Shown here: piece after piece, positions 37,933-50,734 of the stretch | Layout: every line of letters starts with the position of its first letter | Position numbering within the stretch: position 1 is the stretch's first letter | Source: Anolis carolinensis | Taxonomy: Eukaryota | Direction of reading: 5' to 3' | Assembly: GCF_035594765.1 (NCBI RefSeq) | Contig: NC_085843.1 | Span: forward strand, 110,337,971-110,401,970 | DNA: 64,000 nucleotides | Translations under genes and position numbers: made by a program | Notes under the pieces: model-generated | The model's input: the letters and a program-made list of their open reading frames with translations, nothing else | Databases searched by the model: none | What the model was told of the DNA's origin: nothing

Positions 37933-38879
37933 TCCCTCCAAGACCGGGAGGGTGTGACTTGATAATCTGAACCTGGCATCCTAGTCCAACATTAAAACCA
38001 CTACCTCACATTAACTCATGATCATTTAGTAAATTTTCTGGCTTCTGCTTTTGAACTTTCCTTTTGTTCCTAAGTAGCAATCACTCTGAGGGATTTAGGG
38101 AGGTTGGATTGACATTCCTTTATTATTCTCATTGCCTGGTTAATTGGAATATTTCTGTTTCAGAGAACAGTCTTGTTCCTATATTTTATTGCTGCCATGT
38201 CACACACAAGAAACTTTATTTCTCAAGTTTTCTGGGATAGATATATTGGATGGGTGGGTAATAAATGGGATATTTTTTAAAAAGTGCTTGTTTCCTTCTT
38301 TTGCAAGCTAAATATAGGTACAAGGGAAGGAACAAAATCATGAATGCGATATTTTTCGTCTTTATTCTGGCAACATTAGGGTAGCAATAAAATGTAAATT
38401 TGTACATCAACTTAGACTTAACACAAATGTATAAACAACTTCTTTATAATGTGAACATGATTGAACTATTATTTTTAGATTTTTAGTGTGCATATAATGC
38501 AATGCTATACTGATATACTGAGATAGTATGACCACAGTTCAGGAAAGGACAAAGAACACAATTCAGCAGAAAACAATTATGCTATCTAACATTGATAATG
38601 TAGGGCCATTAGGATGAATCCTTAGATCATTCCAATGTTGACCATAAATGAACAATTGCCCCAGAATACGAATGTGATGAACCATAAAATTGGCCCTCTA
38701 TTAAGCAGTTTTGGGAGTAACTATGTTAGGGTCTTATTGTTAAAATATGATTATTCCACTTTTACTTCTATAGTTTTGCAACTCTAGAATGTGTAGTTTA
38801 GTAAGACCCAAAGGTTATCTGGCTAAAATTCTAAATTTCCCTCCTTAAAGTGCAAATTCCAGCATTGCATGCCCCAGCA

Positions 38880-39158
38880 TGATCATCACCATCATCATGA
38901 TCATCATAGGCTATTGCTCGTGGCTGAGTATGATTGCCTTCCAAGTGTAGGGTCATGGGGTAGGTCCGTAGGTGACTGTAGAGACCTATTCTTGATCTGC
39001 ATGTTCTTTTGCAGTATGGACATTAGTTTCCAGATGGAAGGTGGTTTCGACAAGAATTCGCTTGACGTACCTTCCTCTTGACATGTTTCTCCCTTTCGCC
39101 ATTCATGTGTGCATCTTCGATTTCCACAGAACTCTTCATAACAGCTGACCCCCAGTTA
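38880..39158 (-). mobile_element. Older RTE 3' fragment
   Basis: Collinear with 36590-36845; (ATG)n-like tail. Confidence 0.8.
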
Positions 39159-40704
39159 CAATGTGATCATGACAGTTACAGTGGAATAATAGTGCTATGA
39201 CAGTGTAGTGTGATAGGGCTCTTAGTCTTTGGTAGCAACCAGCAAAAAGTCTCAAAACATCTTAAATATGATTGTTGATATTTTACGCCCGTTGAATTAC
39301 TAAGTTACATTTCCTGCTTCCTCCTTATAACCAGATCAGAAAAAAGGGCCTTTTCACATGTCCCTAGCCCCTGTGCTGTTTTGCCCGCAGTCGTGAGGGG
39401 CACCTCGTGGCACTCTGCAAACCCTCCCTCCTTTCCCCATCAGACGGACAACAGATAGGGGAAAGTGCTACAATGCGCATTGCATTGCAATGTGCGTTGC
39501 CCTTTTCTCCATCACATGGGGGAAAGGACCCAAAAATGTGGGTAGCTCTGTTGTAGCTACCTGAAAAACACTTACCTCTCAGTAGTTGCTGCGGAAACAT
39601 CTTAAGATGCTTCTCCAGCACTTGGAAGGTCAATGCAGCAGGACCTGCCAAGCATCATGTGATGACACTAAAGTGGTGCAAAGGGGCAATTTGCCCCAGC
39701 ATGATGAGGTGGTAAATTTACCTATTTCAAATGATTCATCTGCTGGCCCTTAAGGTGTGCTGGTGTGACATAGTTTTTTTTTAAGACTACATTGTTTTAG
39801 TGAACACAGAATTTACAGATCTGTAACTCTAGATTTTGAATGTGTAACTGATATACTGAATGCCAGCCAACTTTATAAAAACACAAACTATTGTGAACTG
39901 GTATTTATTACACATCAGATTATGCCAAGAATCTTTAATCCACTGGCCGTTTACTATGTACATACTTGGAAGTGCACCATAGATCAATGGCAGCCATAGC
40001 TGGATGTGTATTCTTATGCTTCTTATGTTATTTGTTTAATTGAATAATCTATATGATGGAGTGGTCACGGTACACTGCTTTGTGGCACATAATTGCATAG
40101 GATGAGACTATTAAAAACATTATTTCATTCTGAAACTACTTAGTCCTTCAGGAATTGCTTTTAAATATATGACCCCTGAATGCAAGCATTGCTACCTACT
40201 TATTTTTTTTTCAAGGGGGGACTACTAGTCTACACTCTCTGTCAATCAGAATACCTGTAATTTTTCTTCATTGACTAGGAAGTTAGTTGCAATTTGTTTT
40301 TCTGACACAAACATCAAAGTACCTTTCTTTGACACCTAATTCATCTTGCTAGCTAGGACAGCACAGTTGCCCACTGATCATTAATCTGTTAGTGATATTT
40401 TCCCTATAAAGTTTTAATTGTGCTTAGTAATTAATGGAGCTTCTGTAACTTATCTTGAAAGATACTTCTTCTCTGGTGGGCTTTGATGACTTGAAAAATA
40501 GGAGAATTTCTTTGTCAGGGCACTTCCTTAAATGTTTGTATTTAAATTTGTAAAGAAGGAAGACTTATAGAAGCTTGCATCCTATCCCTTTATCCCACTA
40601 CATCATTATCTTCTTATGCATGCATTCACCAAAACAGATTTGATGCAGGAGTTCTTTGATCAGATCTCCCAGTTTTATTTGGTTTTCTTTCTCTTTTTTC
40701 TCTG

Positions 40705-41984
40705 GGCAGGATGAAGAAAAATAAATTGAAACTGAATCCAGACAAGACAGAGGTGCTTGCCATATCAAGAGTCCTAATCTAGAGTTGGAGGTACAATATA
40801 TCAACCAATTCCAGATGCGGTAGCACTCTCCGTGAAAGGCTGTGTTCACAGCTTGGGAGTGCTCCTGGATCCATCTCTCCAAATGTCAGTTCAGATAAAT
40901 GCAACAGTCAGGAGTACTTACTATCAGCTTCCACTGATACACCAGCGGTGTTCCTTCCTAGAATCAGAAAACCTAAAGATGATAGTGCATGCACTGTTAA
41001 CCTCAAGGTGTGGCCTGTACAATGTACTGTACACTGGGCTACCTCTGTACCAAGTTCAGAAACTCCAGTTAGTTCAAAATATGGCAGCAACATCTAGGAG
41101 TGAGTACACCTATACTAAAATCACTCCACTAGTTGCCATTCGGTTTCAGGGCAAAGTACAAAACATTGGTTATAACTTTTAAAGTGCTAGATCAGGGGTC
41201 CCCAAACTAAGGCCCGGGGGCCGGATGCGGCCCTCCAAGGTCATTGACCTGGCCCCCGCCCTCAGTTTTAGATTTGGGCTTACCCAAAGTCTGAAATGAC
41301 TTGAAAGCACACAACAACAACAACAACAACAATCCTAATTAACTTGACTTGGCCAGAAGCAGGCCCATACTTCCCATTGAAATCCTGATAGGTTTATGTT
41401 GGTTAATTTTTAAAAATTTGTATTGTTCTTTTGTTGTTGTTGTTTTTGCGCTACAAATATGATATGTGCAGTGTCCATAGGAATTTGTTCGCATTTTTTT
41501 CAAATGATAATTTGGCCCCTCAACAGTCTGAGGACCATGAACCGGCCCTCCACTTAAAAAGTTTGAGGACCCCTGTGCTAGATGGTTTGGGTCCAGGTTA
41601 CCTACAGGATTGCCTTATCTTTATAACCTGCCCCATACGTTTAGGTCTTCTGGGGGACACTTATTCCAACCATTGAGAACTCGACTGGTGACCATCACCC
41701 ATAGGATCTTTTCATTCTCAAGACTGTGGAATGGCCTGCTAGAAGAGATTTGACAGCTAAACAAGCTGTCAGAATTCAAGACACAACTGAAGACCTATCT
41801 CTTCTGGCAGGCCTGCTCAGTTTATTTTAAATTGTGAATTTTAAATTTGTATTCTATTTGTATTTTTATATATGTGTTTGTATTGTATTTTAATCCTTGC
41901 AAGTATGTATGTTAACATATGTATTTATGGTAATGTGTTTTAACTGTTGTGTCCCACCTCGAGCCATGAAGAGAGGTGGGTAAC

Positions 41985-41985
<1 letters not shown>
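40705..41985 (+). mobile_element. L2 LINE 3' part, interrupted by a hAT element and ending in (TAA)n
   Basis: MKK..LKLNPDKTEVL, VHSLGVLLDPSL, VHALLTSR; 3' stem-loop CCCACCTCGAGCCATGAAGAGAGGTGGG. Confidence 0.88.
41193..41575. mobile_element. Non-autonomous hAT (same family as 19114-20163, opposite orientation)
   Basis: CAGGGGTCCCCAAACT / AGTTTGAGGACCCCTG; TSD TGCTAGAT. Confidence 0.92.
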
Positions 41986-42040
<55 letters not shown>

Positions 42041-42041
<1 letters not shown>

Positions 42042-43227
42042 GGCAGAAATACGATCAAGGCTCTCAACACCTGGGCCATACCCGTCATTAGATACACTGC
42101 TGGAACTGTGGACTGGACACAAGCAGAGCTAGATGATCAGGACAGAAAAACAAGAAAACTGATGACAATCCACTACTCATTACACCCACGTAGTGATGTC
42201 GACAGACTTTATTGCCCAGAAAATCAGGAGGCAAAGGTCTTCTGCAAGTGAAACAAACGGTAGAAGAAGAGGAACATGCCCTGGCAGATTATGTGAAAGG
42301 CAGTCAAGAACCAACATTGAGGGAAGTCAACAGTAGTAAACTGCTTCAAGTGCAAAAGACAAAGAGTGAATACTGTAAAAACGCAATCCAGAGCAGAAGA
42401 GAAAACTGGCGAAAGAAGGCTGTCCACAGACAGTTCCTGGGAAAAATCGAGACCCAAATTGACAAAGAAAAAACATGGCAGTGGTTCACAAATGGAACTT
42501 TGAAAAAGGAGACGGAGGGCCTGATTCTGGCAGCCCAAGAACAAGCCATCAGAACCAATGCCATCAAAGCCAAAATTGAAAAGTCACCGACAGATCCCGA
42601 ATGTAGACTCTGCAAGGAAGCAGATGAAACAATAGATCACATCCTCAGCTTCTGCAAGAAGATTGCATGGACAGACTACAAGCAGAGACATAACACCGTT
42701 GCTCAGATGATTCATTGGAACTTGTGCCACAAATACCATCTGCCTGCGACAAAGAATTGGTGGGATCACAAGCCGGAAAAAGTTACAGAGAATAAACATG
42801 TCAAGCTACTCTGGGACTTCTGAATTCAGACAGACAGGGTTTTGGAGCACAATACTCCTGACCTCACAATCGTGTTAAAAAATAAAGTATGGATTGTCAA
42901 TGTTGTAATCCCAGGGGAAAGCAAGATTGAAGAAAAACAACTGGAAAAGCTGACACGATATGAGGATTTAAAGATCGAATTGCAAAGACTCTGGCACAAG
43001 CCAGTCAAGGTGGTCCCAGTGGTGATGCCTGCACTTAATCACAATCGGTACTGACAAAATTACCATCTGCCAGCTGCAGAAGGCCACCTTACTGGGATCT
43101 ACACGCATTATTCGTTGATACATCACATAGTCCTAGACACTTGGGAAGTGTCCGACGTGTGATCCAATTCAACAGCCAGTAGAGTGTCTGCTGTGGACTC
43201 AACTTGTGTTTCAAATAATAATAATAA
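42041..43227 (+). mobile_element. 5'-truncated R4/Dong element (second subfamily) in (TAA)n
   Basis: ORFs 42212-42823 and 42842-43054 are homologous to 14274-15632; TAA arrays on both sides. Confidence 0.93.
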
Positions 43228-43364
43228 ACCAACAGTGGGCTCTGAGTTTGTTTGAAGCAGTGTCATCAGGCAAAACCTGGGAAATGATTTCTAAGAAGAA
43301 TTAATGTAATATGATGAAGGCAGCATAACTGAATGATTGTACAATGAGCTACGAGGTCCTAGAA

Positions 43365-43685
43365 CAGGGGTCCCCAAACTTTTTAAGCAGACTCTTAGGG
43401 GGCCAGTCTATAGTTTGAAAAAAAAATGAACAAATTCCTATGCACACTGCACACATCTTATTTGTAGTGCAAAAAAATATATATGGAAGAACAATACAAC
43501 ATTTAAAATTAAGAATAATTTTAACCAACATAAACTTACCAGGATTTGAATGGAAAGTGTGGGCCTGATTTTGGCTGATGAGATAGTTAAGTTAATTAGG
43601 ATTGTTGTTGTTGCATGCTTTCAAGTTGTTTCAGACTTAGGGCAATCCTAAGTCTAAAGTTTAGGGTGGGGGCCAGGTAAATGAC
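43365..43685. mobile_element. Truncated hAT (OC1-like family)
   Basis: Left TIR CAGGGGTCCCCAAACT and body matching 19114-19430; right TIR missing. Confidence 0.85.
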
Positions 43686-45407
43686 AGAATTCACTGATTG
43701 TGAATTGGAAATCAAATTGTAAAATCCATGTGTTTTTTAAACAGCCCACTAGGATAAGCTTATGCACATATCCATGTATATAAGGAATCACCCAGTTTTG
43801 AGCCCTGCAGGGGATATACTCTGATTAGCTGCAGCACATGATCTGCCTTGTTTTGGACTTTCTGGTGAGTTTTTAAAATGCACTGTTTCTGGTTTGATCC
43901 ATGCTACAGTGTGCATGGGGGTGTACATTTTGTGGATACCCCGCTCTCGAGCCAGCTTCGAACTGCATTATAGTGTTTATGTAGAATTGTCCTAAATGTA
44001 ACATTCTAAACAGTGCACATATAAATGGATATTTAATTTTTCCACTTAGTGTCATTTTCCCCAATAAATAAGAGCTAATCGTGGCTGATTCAGCTTAGCT
44101 TCCATTATCAGTTGGAATCTGGATCCTTCAGGGAATTGTGTCTCAAATTATAAACCTATAACAAAACGTACAACTCTGTAAATCACTGAGCCAGCATGTT
44201 GTAGCAGCTGTAGTAGAAAAGGGAACATTCTATTTCAAAAAAATACCTCATTTTTGGTATTTCTTTTCTTATTCTCCATTTTTACCTTCTGATATATTCA
44301 TCAGTGTTCACTTCTGATTGGTCTTCAATTTTGTTATGTTTGTTACCTTCTCAAGTTCATTTCATTTCAGGCAGCTAGGTATGGTTCAAGCCAGACAGTT
44401 GAACAGAACTGAATATTTGTAGGAGTGTGAGGTTGATGAACTTGATACAGGTGCATTTGCATTAGTGCCAAAAATGTAGTCAGAATGCACACTGAAGATA
44501 CCTACATGAAAACTCCAACCATCACCTAGGTCAAAAGAGAATCACAATCAAAGCCCTGGTAGACCGTGCAAACGGGATCTGCGAACCCCATCTTCTCCAA
44601 GGTGGACTGAAAAACCTAAATTAGGCTCTACAGGCCAATGGGTATTCTACGATAGACATCAGAAGAGCTGCAAGACCAAAAACAAGTCACCAGAGTAAAG
44701 ACAAAGATCCTCCTAGAGGAAAGGTGTTATTATCACCAACCGCATAGGGAAGTGGAAACCACTGACTGCATAGGGAAGCTGATGAAGAAACACAACCTAC
44801 AAACAATCTACAGACCCACCAAGAAAATTCAACAAATGCTACATTCAGCAAAGTATAAGAGGGTTCCTCCAACCACTGCAGGAGTCTACGGTATCCCATG
44901 CAGCTGTGGACAAGTCTACACAGGGACCACCAAATGCAGCATTGCCCAGACACGAATCAAAGAACACGAAAGGCACTGCAGATGGATTCAATCAGAGAAT
45001 AGCAGAGCACTTGATGAAACAACCTGGACACAGAATATTATTTGAAAACACAGAAATGTTGGACCTCTCTGACAATCATCATGTTAGACTACACAGAGAA
45101 GCCATTGAAATCCACAAGCATGTGGACAACTTCAACAGAAAGGAGGAAAGAATGAAAATGAACAAAATCTGGCTACCAGTATTAAAAAAAACACCAGAAT
45201 TAGGACAGTAAATAAAGAACAACACTCAGAAATAGGGGGACTCCAGACAGAAAACAATCAAGTGCCAGTTTACACCTCCCAAACAAAGGGTGCCCCCAGG
45301 CACAACAGCCAGGCTAACTACCTCTATGCAAATACCCTCACTGATTAATTTTGCAAGGCTACTCAATGCTAATCAAGCTTGCTAATTGCAACATTCACAT
45401 TTGTTTC

Positions 45408-47345
45408 TTTTTAAAAAATAATTTTTATTAACATTTTGCAAATACAGTGCAGGTTTAAAAGCGGGGGGGGTGTGAGGGGAAGAGGGGGGAAGGAAAGGGG
45501 AGAATTTTAGGGATGGATAGGGGGAGGGGGGAAACAGGGAAAGGGGAAGGGAATGAAACAAAATAAGGATCAGGGAAACAACACCAATACAGGGAAGTAA
45601 TCTTCCATTCTTTTCCTCTAAACATAAATTCACTGTATTTAACATTTTTTTAATTCACAAACTTTTAATCTACAACTCTAGCTTTCTTAAGGTATTCTTC
45701 CATTTTAGTCCAATTTGTCCTTCTTACATAATTTCCTCTTGTCTCCTTCGGAAGAAACGTAAGTTTATCCATACTATGTATCTCTTCTAACTTGTCCATC
45801 CAAGTGTCTTTCTTCGGAATATCCTCTAATTTCCATGCTTTCGCAAACGTCATCCTGGCGGCTGTAGCACAATATGTAAAAAGAATTTCATCATTTGTGT
45901 CAAATTTGGTCTCATTATCTGTAATTCCTAATAAGTAATATTCAGGTTTTAATAAAAATTTCTTTTGTAAAATAATTTGTGTTTCTTGATGGATCATTTT
46001 CCAATTTTTTTAGTCCTTTCACAAGTCCACCATAGATAATAAAATGAGCCTTCCTGGGTTTTACATTTCCAACATTTTCTATCATAGTTTTTATACATCT
46101 GACCTAATTTTTTTGGCGTCATATACCATCTGTGGAATAATTTAAGCCAATTTTCTTTTAAATCAGAAGCATACGTATATTTCAACTTCTTATTCCATAT
46201 TTTTTCCCATTCCACTAATTTAATTGGGCGACCCACATTCCTGGCCCATTTTACCATACAACTTTTAATTTCCTCAGTTTCTGTCGACCATTCTAACAGA
46301 GTAGTGTAAATCTTAGAAATTGTTTTCTTGTTGTCTAGTATTATTTTATCCCAAACATTGTCGAGGTTACTAAAGCCTATTGTGCTATCCTTATTAAATT
46401 GTTCCTTTATTTGTACATATTGAAACCAAGAGATAGCAGGGAAATTCAACTTTATCTCTTCTTGTGTTTTCAATTCATATTTATCTTTCCTTTTAATCAA
46501 AACATCTTTATATTTTGGCCATTTTAACCATCTTAATATGTTCCTTTGATTAGCCTCCAGTGATGAAATCCAGAGTGGAGTCTTATTATTATAAAATCAC
46601 AACTTATATTAAGGCTGATCTAATAAAGTGGTTTCCGAAATTTTTCTCGATTTTCCTTTTTTCGTAGCCGATATATGCATGCCAGCCTCGATGCAGCTCC
46701 AACCCCTCCAGAGTTAATATACTTTCGTTTTCAAGTGTTGCCCAATCTTTTATCCACAATAGAACACTTGCTTCAAAATATAGTTGCAAATTTGGAAGAC
46801 CAAAACCGCCTCTTTTTGTTGTGTCTGTCATAATGGTATATTTAATTCTTGGCTTTTTGTTTCTCCAAATAAATTTAGATATTATATTATTCCAATCTTT
46901 AAAAATATTGTTATTCCTAATAATTGGTAGATTTTGAAATAAGTACAATAATTTAGGTAAAATATTTATCTTAATAATTGCAAGTGAAATATTTAAAAAT
47001 TGCCAGTTTTGTAGATCCTTCCTTATGTCCTTCCATTTAACAGTATAATTATTTTCTAATAGTTGGGCATTTTTTGCAGTGATCCAGATTCCTAGGTATT
47101 TAAGTTTTGGTACAACCTTTATTCCTGTCATTTCTTGTAATCTTCCCTGGTTCAGACAGGACGATAAACTAAAAGGAATAAAATTAAGAAGTCAAGAATT
47201 TAAAATTCGAGCATTTGCGGACAATATAATATGCATAATTGAAGAACCCAGAAATCAAATTTCAAATTGGTTCCAGAAAATTGAAACATTTGGCAGATTA
47301 GGGGTTTTTTACATTAACAAAGAGAAAACGAAAATTCTTTCGAAG
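45408..47345 (-). mobile_element. L1-clade LINE, 5'-truncated with a 5' inversion
   Basis: Minus-strand ORF2 pieces (KYLGIWI, GGFGLPNLQLYF, CWKC..YLWWTC) and A-rich tail. Segment 47148-47345 is inverted (RAFADN..INKEKTKIL on the plus strand). 12-bp TSD CACATTTGTTTC. Confidence 0.92.
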
Positions 47346-47441
47346 CACATTTGTTTCAAACAGACAAGGATTCTTTCTCTCTCCCTGAACATTCCACAAA
47401 CACACACACACACACACTCCATTTGCCTCACCTCCAACAGA

Positions 47442-47482
47442 CCTCTGAAGATGGCAGCCACAGATGCAGGCAAAACATCAGG
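47442..47482 (+). ncRNA. Degenerate minimal type I hammerhead ribozyme of the Penelope element
   Basis: CCT-CTGAAGA-stem II-(A for G)AAA-CATC-AGG. CUGANGA is intact; GAAA is mutated to AAAA. Confidence 0.65.
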
Positions 47483-48139
47483 AGATAATGCTAGTGGAAC
47501 ATGGCCATACAGCCCAAAAAACACAGCAACCCAGTAAGAATTGGTTTTGTTACTGTTTCACCCTCTAACTCCTGATTATTGTTATTATTTGGAATACATA
47601 TTTCTCTCCTATCTATATGAGTAAAACAAAAACATATCTTCTTAAAAAACACTGCGAGCATTTATGCAGACAAAAGAGAGATAAACTGGTTAAGTTCCAT
47701 GGGGCTGAACTGATTTACTCTGCTAGAACTATTATTATTTTTTTGCAGTTGCAACAACATTAATTCTCACACACTGCTGCTTTGACATTAATTACTCTCT
47801 AACAAAGACAAATGATCTTTGTAAACTGCTCAGTGCCATGCATGCATTAATGGAGGCTGCCCAGTGGCATGTGGATCCAAAATAGGCTGGAAATGCAACT
47901 AATTATTATAATGAAGTGGCATACCAAGATCTTATTTGTGAAGAATATCTCTGCAAGGTGACTAAAGATTTTTGCCAGGACGTCTCCTTGAAACTCAGTT
48001 ATTCCCATGAAGCATACTTTTGACTTCTAAACATTGTCATTCTCATTTACTAAAATGAAACTACTGTATGCATTATGTGCAGTGATACTTTTCCTCTACT
48101 CGGGGATGTAGATGTCTGTATATGTCTAGAATATCTAGA

Positions 48140-48285
48140 TACCCAGGAGATACCAGATTTGATTTTGAAAGCTAAGCAGGATCAACCCTGGATAATATTT
48201 GCAAGGTACACCAACAAGGAGTATCAGTTGCTGTAGGCCATATTTCAGAGACGGCAATGGCAAACCCTCCTGAATATTTCCTGAA
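48140..48285 (+). mobile_element. Degenerate 5S-derived SINE
   Basis: AAGCTAAGCAGGATCAACCCTGGATAATATTTG...TGCTGTAGGC followed by GGCAATGGCAAAC. Confidence 0.6.
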
Positions 48286-48535
48286 TGCAAAGATATCCAC
48301 CCACATATGTACATGTCAATTCAGAAGTAAACTGCATTAGGTTCAATATCATTTATTCCCCCTTGTAAAAGGATATAGCCTATGTCTACATGATATTGCA
48401 TGGTAGAACCAATGTGCATTCCCATTTTTTTTGGTTGGGCATAGTGTTTTGATCAAAGTACATGAGGAAGTAGGTGAGGATCCTATACAGAGAACAAAGC
48501 ATCAATAAACAGTAATGTCAACTATTGGTGTTGAC

Positions 48536-48763
48536 GGGGCTGTGGCGCAGACGGGAGAGCAAAACCAGCTGCAATTAACTGCAATGAATCACTCTGACCA
48601 GGAGGTCATGAGTTCGAGGCCCGCTCGGAGCTATGTTGTTTGTCTTTGTCCTATGTTAAAAGGCATTGAATGTTTGCCTATATGTATAATGTGATCTGCC
48701 CTGAGTCCCCTTCGGGGTGAGAAGGGCGGAATATAAATGCTGTAAATAAATAAATAATAAATA
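48536..48763 (+). mobile_element. tRNA-derived SINE with L2-type tail (short form)
   Basis: A box TGGCGCAGACGG, B box GAGTTCGAGGCC, tail GCCCTGAGTCCCCTTCGGGGTGAGAAGGGCGG..(TAAA)n. Confidence 0.88.
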
Positions 48764-49662
48764 AGAATTGAAGATTCATTTCTATACTGATCTGTTTTAG
48801 TGCAGCTGATCAATTCCATTTTGACAATAGCTGGCATCGCACCCATTCCCTATATTGTTTTGTTGAATTCTTTCATTTGTGTTATGCTAGAAATGCTGTA
48901 ACTACAATATTAAATGTCCAGGGCAAACAACCAAATGTTATGGCTACACATAGTGCCAGAACCTGAGAATATATTCATAAACAACAACAATCTCTGGCTA
49001 CATTTTCTGTTGGTTTAGATTTAAAAATTACCACATATATTAGATAGTGCTCATGTGCCTTTTGTCTTTTTCTTTGTCACTCTAAATTCATATAAAATAC
49101 TGATAATTAAAATAAAGTTTAACTATCTTGACCAGTGCTGTGAATAAGTCAGGGTCTGAAAGCAATACTGAATTTTGATCAATCCATTGGCCAGGATTAT
49201 TGTTTGTTGCCCTTTTGCTTTCCTGCTTAATTTCAGAGCACAAATGGTATTTTCAAGTACAAAACCACTTATAAATATATAAGATTGTACAAACAACACA
49301 TCACAATGTTTATAAGTGATAAAAGCTTCTCAAGGATGTACCAGGTCCTTTTGAAAAGATGACCAATATAGCTTTGCAGGGCAGGGAGCTGAACTGTAAT
49401 TGGTAGGCACGTGTGATCCATAAAAATGTTTAAAAATCATTATAAAACTGGGGGCACTGGAGTTTTATTTCTAAAGTATTTCATTACTATTTTGTTAAAG
49501 TGATTGTGAATGTGTGTGTAGGGGGCTTCTGGGGCTGCTTTCTTTCTCTCCCCCCCCCCCCCATCTCATTGAATGTCGCCTATATTACTATATAATATTA
49601 TATGATCGATGCAAGATAGAATCATACAGCTGGAAGGGACCCCAAAGGCCATCCAATCCAAA

Positions 49663-49791
49663 NNNNNNNNNNNNNNNNNNNNNNNNNNNNNNNNNNNNNN
49701 NNNNNNNNNNNNNNNNNNNNNNNNNNNNNNNNNNNNNNNNNNNNNNNNNNNNNNNNNNNNNNNNNNNNNNNNNNNNNNNNNNNNNNNNNNN
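49663..49791. other. Assembly gap, preceded by a minus-strand CR1 3' end at 49617-49662
   Basis: Run of N; TAGAATCATACAGCTGGAAGGGACCCCAAAGGCCATCCAATCCAA lies before it. Confidence 0.95.
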
Positions 49792-50734
49792 AAAGTGTTA
49801 TTTCCTGTTTAATTTTGTAGTTCTTACTTTGAAAGTAGTTTTTGTACTCCAGAAACTTCATTTTTCTGCCAAAACCTATGTTAAATTGGTGGCGACTCTA
49901 CAAGATACTAGAACAAAATGTGCTACAGCAGGCTGTCCCTCCTTCGAAGACAAAGTTTTTGCAGTTTAATAAAGTTTCCCCATGTTTTTATGATAGAACT
50001 AATTAGGAAATGACATTTATAACCCAGGAACAAAAATCACGCAATGGGTTTTCCAAGGCTGAGCAGGGATTTGAACCCCAGTCCCCAGAGCCCTGGCCCA
50101 AACCGTGACCCCCTGCTCAGCAGAGGAGGGCCTGCTGGCTCTCCTCTAGATGGCTGCTGCCGAGGAATGTTAACTTTCCCTTGTAAAAAAATCCACATCA
50201 CACATTGTGTTGATATAGAGATTGGAGGCCCACATTTCAGGAGGCTTTAGCCCTTAAAGCATCAGATGGGTCACCTGGGCAATTGAAAGTGGGTGCCCCA
50301 AGCCTGCAAGGGAGTCTGACTTCCAATTGCTTATTATCAGCAAAACCCACATGACGTTTACTCCTGAATTTGGGCAGCTAAAAGGGATTGTTCTGCTTGA
50401 GACAAGCAGCTTTTTATGGATAGAATTCCATTCGCTTCCCATGCTAGAATCATATTAGGCTTAGAGAATGCTCCAAGGCATTCTCAATTGAACCACATAC
50501 TTCTGGGGCCTGGCTCTGCTTCATACATTTAGGGGAGGGATTGGGGGGAAATTGAAATTTTAATATTTTTATGCCTCAGGTCTTCCAAGTACCAGCAGAA
50601 TATATCTGCCCTGTGGTCCCTGTCCACCACTTCTGTCTGAAGCAGGACTCAGTGATGCCCTGTCTCCAGGCTTTCCCTCCCTCTCCCAACAATGTGTTGC
50701 AAGAGAGAGGTATGAATGCCTTCCTCCTAAGTTG

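Larger units (their letters stand above)
44495..47535 (+). mobile_element. Penelope-like element 3' part (RT thumb plus GIY-YIG), split by an L1
   Basis: YLHENSNHH..IKALVDRA; GVYGIPCSCGQVYTGTT..RIKEH; LHREAIEIHKHVDNFNR; sequence resumes after the TSD at 47358. Confidence 0.9.

Noticed and set aside
37860-37941. N-terminal MEGFFFFRVRSNLRN... extension of the 451-aa RTE ORF
   Set aside because: Chance in-frame read-through of the antisense SINE tail, not a native RTE N-terminus.
40680-40790. Strong-looking splice acceptor and exon
   Set aside because: The downstream sequence is L2 ORF2 (LKLNPDKTEVL).
48536-48630. tRNA gene (and 5S rRNA genes at 9765 and 48140)
   Set aside because: These are SINE heads joined to LINE-derived tails, with no complete cloverleaf or full 5S sequence.
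49792-50045. Probable non-autonomous DNA transposon end next to the gap
   Set aside because: The other end is lost in the gap, so no TIR pair or TSD is available to support a family call.
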